Both the position numbers and the translations under genes were made by a program. Of a DNA stretch of 64,000 nucleotides, positions 57,985 to 64,000 are shown one piece after another. Position 1 is the stretch's first letter. Each line of letters begins with the position of its first letter. Under the pieces are notes generated by a model, which was given only the letters and a program-made list of their open reading frames with translations, was not told where the DNA came from and ran no database searches. The DNA is from an uncultured Pseudomonadota bacterium (GTDB taxonomy: Bacteria > Pseudomonadota > Alphaproteobacteria > RF32 > CAG-239), in the NCBI GenBank assembly GCA_949297185.1, contig CASFRM010000013.1:774-64773 (forward strand), read 5' to 3'.

Positions 57985-58926
57985 TTACATTTTTGTTACA
58001 TATCTCGTAAAATTTTGTATTTCATCTTTTTTTACCATCGTATCATCTATTTGTGATTTGTCTATAGTTATTAATTCATAGTAAGCTAAGGTGTAGTCAA
58101 AAATGCCGGCATAGTTCTTTAAATTAGAACTGCCGTAAACATATGGCGCCAAAATAAGTCCTGACATGTTGGAGGTGCGTTCACGGCGTTCGCGACGGAA
58201 ATTGCGTAATCCCTTAAATGCCGGAGCAGAATTGATTTTGAGTGCATAGTCCTGCATTGAGGCATATATGTTAGGATAAATTTTTATGCGATAGCTGTCA
58301 TCTTCTGTTTCACCGAGCGGCTTTAAGCCTTTGTCGGTATGCCAAACCAACTGTTTGTATAGTGAGTTACCTTCTTTTACTATCCTCGAGGTACCCCAGT
58401 TGGTTTCTATTGCCGCAGCGGTTATCATTATTGAGGGAGGAATTTGGTCAACTCTTACCAGCAGTTCTTTGAGGAGATAATTGTAACGTTCTTCATCTTT
58501 TAGTCTTGTAAAAACATCGTATTTTACGGCCTGCTTTTCAATAAGGGCTATGTCTGTTGCGGGTAGTTCTTCGCCTCGGTTGAATTTTTGAGAAATTTCC
58601 GATATTTCGGCCCTCTCTTTTAAGATTTCTTGGTTTAATTTTAGGGCAAGCGGCGTAAGTATTTTTATAAACAAAGCGTTGCGTTCTTTTTCGTCGCTTA
58701 TAGAGTTGTAGTCTGTCGGAAAATTTTTTAGATAGACGGCCGGATAGCGGTAGCTTGGAAGCATAAGATATCCTTTTTCGCCGTCATAGCCTATTTTTGA
58801 ATAGAGGGATTGCAATTGCGCCAGAGGAATGTCTTGAAGCCATATTTCTTCCGCACTGACCGACACAGAAAAAAATATCTGTGTGAGAAGAGTTATGGCA
58901 AAAAGACTATTCTTCAACAGTTTCAA
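57985..58926 (-). CDS. Secreted GH73-family peptidoglycan glucosaminidase-domain protein (FlgJ C-domain/Bax-like)
   Basis: 313 aa with a signal peptide. TAAAIETNWGTSRIVKEGNSLYKQLVW resembles the glucosaminidase motif E-[ST]-x-W-G-x-S...N-N-x-F. Confidence 0.5.
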   Translation of the reverse strand: MKLLKNSLFAITLLTQIFFSVSVSAEEIWLQDIPLAQLQSLYSKIGYDGEKGYLMLPSYRYPAVYLKNFPTDYNSISDEKERNALFIKILTPLALKLNQEILKERAEISEISQKFNRGEELPATDIALIEKQAVKYDVFTRLKDEERYNYLLKELLVRVDQIPPSIMITAAAIETNWGTSRIVKEGNSLYKQLVWHTDKGLKPLGETEDDSYRIKIYPNIYASMQDYALKINSAPAFKGLRNFRRERRERTSNMSGLILAPYVYGSSNLKNYAGIFDYTLAYYELITIDKSQIDDTMVKKDEIQNFTRYVTKM

Positions 58927-59449
58927 GATTACGAACCTCCGTTACTTGCGGAATGTAGGTTTTTAATATGCGTTCTACCCCGTCTTTTAGCGTGCGCATG
59001 GCATAGGGACAGCCTTTGCAGGCTCCTTGCATTTCTACGGTGACTATACCATCTGCAAAATTAACGAATTTTATGTCGCCGCCATCTTTTTTTACTGCCG
59101 GACGAATACGGGCATCTAAAAGCGAAACAATTTGAGCGGTTACATCATCGCCGTCGGTCGCGTTTTCGGGCAGAACTTCTTCTCCGGTTGAAAAATAATC
59201 CATTATTTCGGCCATAATCAAAGGCTTTAGTGTTTCCCAATTGCTGTCATCATTTTTGGTGACAGATATCATGTCCGAGGTTATGAAAAGAGATTTTATG
59301 CCGCCTAAGTCAAATATATGTTCAGCTAGGGGCGAGCGACGCAAAGATTTAGCGTCGACAAATTCGGCGGTGCCACTACGGAGAACACTTTCGGAAGGGA
59401 AAAAGTTGATGATGTTAGTATCAGGTGTTTCTTGTATTTCTATAATCAT
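58907..59449 (-). CDS. Fe-S cluster assembly protein, NFU1-type (Nfu_N plus NifU C-terminal domain)
   Basis: 180 aa. The C-terminal CxxC motif (GACKGCPYAMRTLKDGVERIL) is typical of the NifU_C domain. Confidence 0.8.
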   Translation of the reverse strand: MIIEIQETPDTNIINFFPSESVLRSGTAEFVDAKSLRRSPLAEHIFDLGGIKSLFITSDMISVTKNDDSNWETLKPLIMAEIMDYFSTGEEVLPENATDGDDVTAQIVSLLDARIRPAVKKDGGDIKFVNFADGIVTVEMQGACKGCPYAMRTLKDGVERILKTYIPQVTEVRNLETVEE

Positions 59450-59463
59450 GAGTTATTTTCCGT

Positions 59464-60474
59464 TTATTTGAGACGATTAATTATCTCTCCCAGTATATTA
59501 ATACTGCGGGATGCAAAGTAGTTAATGGTGGCCAAGTGATTGGGCGAAAAACTGGAGTTTAGTTTGCCGTTGCGGACAATGCCGGGATTTAGGTCTGAAG
59601 CCATTTCCAGATTTTTTAGCAATGCAGTCCATTGTTGGTAAACATCTTCTTTTACCAAAATGTCTTTGAAGTCATTTCCCAAAGCCTTAAGAATTTGAGA
59701 ATATCCGTATAATTTTCCTAAGTCGTAGTAAAAAATATCATCCGATTTATTATCAATAAACGATTTTTGGTATTCTCGAATGTGGGTATCGGTTTTTATA
59801 ATTTGTTTGGATATGTCGGATTTTATTGCCGTTAAAATTAGCAATAAATTGTCAGGAGTGGCTTGAAATATTATCTGACCTTGGGCAATTTCTTGATTGA
59901 ATTGGTTGAGTTTCTTGCGTCCTTTTTTGTATTGGGTGCCGGATGAAGGAGCTAAGCGGTTGTCTGATGAAAACAACCAGACATTCCCCGGATATTGCAG
60001 CAATTCTGCTGCTTCTGAAAGGTTTTGCATCGAGGCGTCGTTGTCATAAGTAATTATGAGCTTGGGAAATACTGATATGGTTTTACTTATGGCGCTCATC
60101 ATACCTAGCTGGAAATTTGGCATATTGTCCAGAAAATAGGACGGGAACATGAAGGGAAGGTTGGGTGTCCATATTTTGTGATAGACCTCTCGATTAATCA
60201 GGTGGGAGCTCATATCAATAACGGATAAAGAATTACCCTTGTTTTTGGGGTGATAAGAGGAAGATGTATCAATGTTATTGATTATAAGTCCGCCAATTCC
60301 ATAATACAAAATGAGTAGGATTGCCAAAACTCCGAATACCATCTTCCAAAACGAAATATCCGCGTTTTTGAGGGCGGCAATTGTTTTTTTTGTTATCGCT
60401 ATTGTTTGAGACAATAGTTGGCGGAGAAAATTCTTTATGGTTAGTGTTATTTGTTGCGGATTGCTTTTAAGCAT
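59464..60474 (-). CDS. Hypothetical membrane-anchored periplasmic protein, translationally coupled to murJ
   Basis: 336 aa with a single N-terminal TM segment (VFGVLAILLILYYGIGGLIINNI). Its ATG overlaps the murJ stop (ATGCTTAA). Confidence 0.35.
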   Translation of the reverse strand: MLKSNPQQITLTIKNFLRQLLSQTIAITKKTIAALKNADISFWKMVFGVLAILLILYYGIGGLIINNIDTSSSYHPKNKGNSLSVIDMSSHLINREVYHKIWTPNLPFMFPSYFLDNMPNFQLGMMSAISKTISVFPKLIITYDNDASMQNLSEAAELLQYPGNVWLFSSDNRLAPSSGTQYKKGRKKLNQFNQEIAQGQIIFQATPDNLLLILTAIKSDISKQIIKTDTHIREYQKSFIDNKSDDIFYYDLGKLYGYSQILKALGNDFKDILVKEDVYQQWTALLKNLEMASDLNPGIVRNGKLNSSFSPNHLATINYFASRSINILGEIINRLK

Positions 60475-62050
60475 TTGTTTGTCCTTTTTTGCTCAAACCT
60501 TTTATTATTGCTGCAAAGTCCATCAGATGACAAAGCTTAGCACACAAAATAAAAGTAATAAAGCCTAAAAAACACATTAATGCAAATAGTACAAGTTTGG
60601 GCCAAAAACTTAGGCCAAGCCAGTTAGCATATTGTAGATTCAGTCCGTAATTTATTGATTCAAGAACAAAACCCATAACAATAGAGCAACCGATTATTTT
60701 AACGGTTTTTATTGTGAGGTCTCTTGACCATTGCCAAAATCCTCTTTTTTTGAGACCGTGATAATATTGCCACAGTGAAACAAAGGCCGCGATGGTGGTT
60801 GCCGAGGCGATGCCGACATGACCGAAAGGTATCATTAAAATAACCGAAAAGGCTAAATTTACCAATAAGACAACAATGCTGTATTTGACAGGCGTTTTGG
60901 TGTCTCCGCGGGCAAAAAAGTTCGGCGTTAACGATTTTACCAATACATAAGCCGGAAGTCCAATGGCGTAAGCAATGAGAGCTTTTGAGGTCATTAAGGT
61001 TTCTTGGGCACCAAATTTGCCGTGCTGGAATAAAATGTTGATTATCGGTTGAGCCAGAATTATTAGAGCAACGGCGGCAGGAATCGACAGCAGAGCACCA
61101 TATTCAACGGCTTTGCTTTGAACTTGGCGGGCTTGCTCGGTGTCATTTGCTTTAATATGGCGCGATAAAATCGGCAAAACGGCAACTCCGATGGCTGCCC
61201 CGACCACCCCCAGCGGAAGCTGTTGCAGGCGGTTGGCATAGTATAACCAAGATATTGCTCCGGTTCCGACCAATGAGACTAAAATAGTATCAACTACCAT
61301 ATTGATTTGGTAAACTCCAGCTCCTAATACTCCGGGGGCAATACGTTTAAATAAGGTGCGAATTTCACTATCACGGACAATATTACCAATATTGTATTGC
61401 GGTTTGATGCTGATATCTTGTCGTTTTAGAAAAAACATCAGCCACAAAATTTCGATAAAACCGGCGGCAGTGACACTAAAAGCTATACCATGGGCGGTCG
61501 ATGGTGAAAACGGTACAAAGATAAATACCGATATTATCATCATCAGATTAAGAATTACCGGAGCGGCTGCCGGTGCGGCAAACTTGTTGAGCGAATTTAG
61601 AATGCCGGATTGGAATGAAACTATTGAGATGAACAATAAAAACGGAAAAGTTATGCGTGAAAGTTCGGCCGCGAGCTCAAGTTTGCCTGCATCTCCGGCA
61701 AAACCTGGGGCCAGTACGGCGACCAGATAGGGCATAAAAAATTCTACCAGCAAAACAAATATAGCTAAAACAAAAGCCAATAAAGATATGGCGCGGGCGG
61801 CAAAGGAAATGGCTTGATTTTTATCGCCGGAGGCAAATTTTTGCGACATCATGGGAACAAAAGCCGCCGTAAAGGCTCCTTCGGCAAATAGCGAGCGGAA
61901 TAAATTGGGTAATTTGAAAGCTACAAAAAATGCGTCGGCGGCCATACCGGCTCCGAGGTAATTGGCCAAAACCATATCGCGAAAAAAGCCGGTAAAGCGT
62001 GACAACAATGTAAAGCCGCCAAAGGTGGCGATAGACTTAAAAAGATTCAT
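60467..62050 (-). CDS. murJ: Lipid II flippase MurJ (MviN)
   Basis: 527 aa with about 14 TM segments. The N-terminus (FRDMVLANYLGAGMAADAFFVAFKLPNLFRSLFAEGAF) is canonical MurJ. Confidence 0.9.
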   Translation of the reverse strand: MNLFKSIATFGGFTLLSRFTGFFRDMVLANYLGAGMAADAFFVAFKLPNLFRSLFAEGAFTAAFVPMMSQKFASGDKNQAISFAARAISLLAFVLAIFVLLVEFFMPYLVAVLAPGFAGDAGKLELAAELSRITFPFLLFISIVSFQSGILNSLNKFAAPAAAPVILNLMMIISVFIFVPFSPSTAHGIAFSVTAAGFIEILWLMFFLKRQDISIKPQYNIGNIVRDSEIRTLFKRIAPGVLGAGVYQINMVVDTILVSLVGTGAISWLYYANRLQQLPLGVVGAAIGVAVLPILSRHIKANDTEQARQVQSKAVEYGALLSIPAAVALIILAQPIINILFQHGKFGAQETLMTSKALIAYAIGLPAYVLVKSLTPNFFARGDTKTPVKYSIVVLLVNLAFSVILMIPFGHVGIASATTIAAFVSLWQYYHGLKKRGFWQWSRDLTIKTVKIIGCSIVMGFVLESINYGLNLQYANWLGLSFWPKLVLFALMCFLGFITFILCAKLCHLMDFAAIIKGLSKKGQTNA

Positions 62051-62166
62051 TTTATTTTGCCGTTTTTAGTTATCCGATGGCAAAAGATTATAGACGATTT
62101 TTTTGATATTAAAACCATAAAGAACATTGATTGTTGATTATTTTTTATTATGCCAAACTTAATAAT

Positions 62167-62196
62167 TTGACATTTGAAGCGCTTGTTTGGTATAAT
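62167..62196 (+). promoter_or_regulatory. Sigma70-type promoter (TTGACA -18- TATAAT)
   Basis: TTGACA at 62167-62172 and TATAAT at 62191-62196. The ATG at 62221 lies downstream with a GGGAGA RBS. Confidence 0.55.
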
Positions 62197-62220
62197 GGAA
62201 TAAATAGTGGGAGAAATAGT

Positions 62221-63075
62221 ATGGCTGAGATGAAACCTTCTTCGTTTAGTGCTACTGATGCCAATGGAGTGTCTTGGGAAGCTTCTTGGGTTGATGGCAA
62301 TATTTCGTATAGAGGTATTGATAAAAACGGAAATGTTGTTAATGCTCCGGCGCCTGCTGAGATAGTTAGTGCGGCTAAGGCATATGGAGCTTCTTTTAAT
62401 AGTGAAAAGGGTGATGTCAAAGATAAAAAAGATAAATCTGAAGAGAAAACTGAAACAGCCGGAAAAAAAGAGGAAGAAAAGAGCAATAGCTTGTCTGCAG
62501 TGTTTAGAGCGCGTCCCGAACTCAGACAAATTAAGATAAAAACGAACAAAAATGGCAGTGAAGTTGTTGGTTACGATAAAAATGGTAACGAAATTCCGTT
62601 GTCGAAAGAAGAAACAGAAAACATTATGAAAGCTCATAAAGAGAGTTTGGGAAAATCGTCGTTTAAGGGCTTAGCTCAGGCTTTTGGACGAGATATGAAA
62701 AATATGACCAATGATCTTAAACAAGATATATTGCGAAAAACCAATGATATTAAAAATACTTTTAAATTAATTAGCCAAGGAAAGTTTAGAGAAGTGGTAG
62801 ATAGAGCTGCTTTGCGAATTCATGATAACTTGGAGGCTATGGGAATTTTGAATGAAAAAAATTTATCCAGAATTGCCGAGGCAAGTAAGAAGATTGAAGA
62901 AAGATTGGGAATTGAGGAACGCAAGAAAAATCCGGGGAGATTATCTCAGCAAATCGGGAAAAATATTGCAGGGTTTAAGAGATTGCTTGGTTTGAGCGGC
63001 CGAGATAACTCAAGAGCCGTTCCGGTGTCTAAGGTTAGAGCTCCGGTTAATCAGCGAGGACGCGACGGAAGATAG
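62221..63075 (+). CDS. Hydrophilic Lys/Glu-rich hypothetical protein with an Arg-rich C-terminus; start moved to the promoter-supported ATG at 62221, ORF begins at 62131
   Basis: 284 aa, MAEMKPSSF..., with no signal peptide or TM segments. The C-terminus is RAVPVSKVRAPVNQRGRDGR. Arg codons are dominated by AGA, unlike neighbouring genes. It has its own promoter and terminator. Confidence 0.45.
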   Translation: MAEMKPSSFSATDANGVSWEASWVDGNISYRGIDKNGNVVNAPAPAEIVSAAKAYGASFNSEKGDVKDKKDKSEEKTETAGKKEEEKSNSLSAVFRARPELRQIKIKTNKNGSEVVGYDKNGNEIPLSKEETENIMKAHKESLGKSSFKGLAQAFGRDMKNMTNDLKQDILRKTNDIKNTFKLISQGKFREVVDRAALRIHDNLEAMGILNEKNLSRIAEASKKIEERLGIEERKKNPGRLSQQIGKNIAGFKRLLGLSGRDNSRAVPVSKVRAPVNQRGRDGR

Positions 63076-63093
63076 TCTGTGTATACAGGTAAT

Positions 63094-63123
63094 AAAAAAG
63101 CCCGCAGGTTTGCGGGCTTTTTG
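63094..63123. terminator. Bidirectional rho-independent terminator
   Basis: AAAGCCCGCA-ggtt-TGCGGGCTTT followed by a T-run. It lies between the convergent 62221 ORF and typA. Confidence 0.65.
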
Positions 63124-63127
63124 GTTG

Positions 63128-64000
63128 TTAAATAACTTCCGGTTTGGCACGACGACGAGCAATCGGATCAAGAATGCGTTTGCGTAAACGAAGTGTCTTA
63201 GGAGTTACTTCCAAAAGTTCGTCTTCTTGGATATAGGATAAGCCTTGTTCCAAGGTGAGTTTACGCGGCGGTATCAAGTCAATAGCTTCGTCTTTACCGG
63301 CAGCACGAATGTTGGTTAATTGTTTGGCTTTGCACGGATTTACTTCCAAGTCATTTGGCTTAGTGTGCTCGCCGATAATCATGCCGGTATAAACCGGTAC
63401 ACCGGGGTCAATAAACATCGGGCCGCGGTCTTGTAATTTCCACAATGAGTAAGCAATAGCGGTACCGGTTTCAGAAGAAATCAGTACACCGTTGCGCCGA
63501 CTGTCAATTTCTCCTTTGTAGGGTTCATAGTCTTTGAAAATACGGTTCATGACACCGGTTCCTCTGGTATCGGTCAAAAATTCGGAATGGTAACCGATTA
63601 GACCGCGAGACGGAGCGTTGAATATCAAACGACACTTGTTTCCGGCTTGAGATGGTATCATTTCTACCAATTCGGCACGGCGAGAACCTAATTTCTCGAC
63701 GACGGCGCCGGAGAACTCATCGTCAACATCTACAACAACTTCTTCTATTGGCTCTAAAAGCTGTCCGTTTTCATCTTTTTTCATCAAAACTCTGGGGCGA
63801 GAAATTGAAAGCTCAAATCCTTCGCGGCGCATGGTTTCGATTAAAACACCAAGCTGCAATTCACCACGGCCGGCAACTTCGAAAGAATCGCTGCTGTCGG
63901 TGCGGGCAATCTTTAGGGCAATGTTGCCTTCGGCTTCTTTGCATAATCTGTCCCAAATCATGCGAGAAGTAACTTTGTCGCCCTCGCGACCAGACAAAGG
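63128..64000 (-). CDS. typA: Translational GTPase TypA/BipA, C-terminal part; gene continues beyond the window
   Basis: The reading frame is open to the window edge. The sequence matches BipA domains III-V and the C-terminal domain (...RFEPVIVVEDLLELIP-like segments and a basic C-terminal tail). Confidence 0.85.
   Translation of the reverse strand, partial: PLSGREGDKVTSRMIWDRLCKEAEGNIALKIARTDSSDSFEVAGRGELQLGVLIETMRREGFELSISRPRVLMKKDENGQLLEPIEEVVVDVDDEFSGAVVEKLGSRRAELVEMIPSQAGNKCRLIFNAPSRGLIGYHSEFLTDTRGTGVMNRIFKDYEPYKGEIDSRRNGVLISSETGTAIAYSLWKLQDRGPMFIDPGVPVYTGMIIGEHTKPNDLEVNPCKAKQLTNIRAAGKDEAIDLIPPRKLTLEQGLSYIQEDELLEVTPKTLRLRKRILDPIARRRAKPEVI

Overview
This window is a gene-dense chromosomal segment from an AT-rich Gram-negative genome, and most of it is housekeeping. 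The gene order is proteobacterial and suggests an alphaproteobacterium, possibly a Rickettsiales-like endosymbiont. About 55 CDSs lie in classical conserved blocks: lptG-lptD-surA-ksgA, leuS-lptE-holA, rimP-nusA-ylxR-infB, rplY-pth-ychF, pal-cpoB-tilS-smpB, truB-rpsO-pnp, and a murJ-to-gloB string. No tRNA, rRNA, CRISPR, transposase or integrase was seen.

The main points of interest are:
- A complete three-gene [FeFe]-hydrogenase operon (NuoE-like, NuoF-like and an H-cluster HydA carrying all three signature motifs), divergent from the LPS-transport operon, with a membrane pyrophosphatase 16 kb away.
- An orphan flagellin-family protein with a roughly 400-aa beta-helix-like insert, next to a TPR protein, a degenerate GT4/MraY-like membrane protein and a PanE-like protein with a degenerate Rossmann motif.
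- Two paralogous HExxH polytopic membrane proteins, one translationally coupled to a TetR regulator that has an upstream palindrome.
- A 124-bp tandem repeat (2.75 copies) that begins inside the smpB stop region.
- Palindromic hairpin clusters with CCGAG-loop-CTCGG cores downstream of hydA and pnp; the pnp-side cluster appears to be translated as a C-terminal extension of gloB.
- Two hydrophilic or unknown ORFs with atypical codon usage, one with its own sigma70 promoter, intrinsic terminator and an Arg-rich C-terminus.
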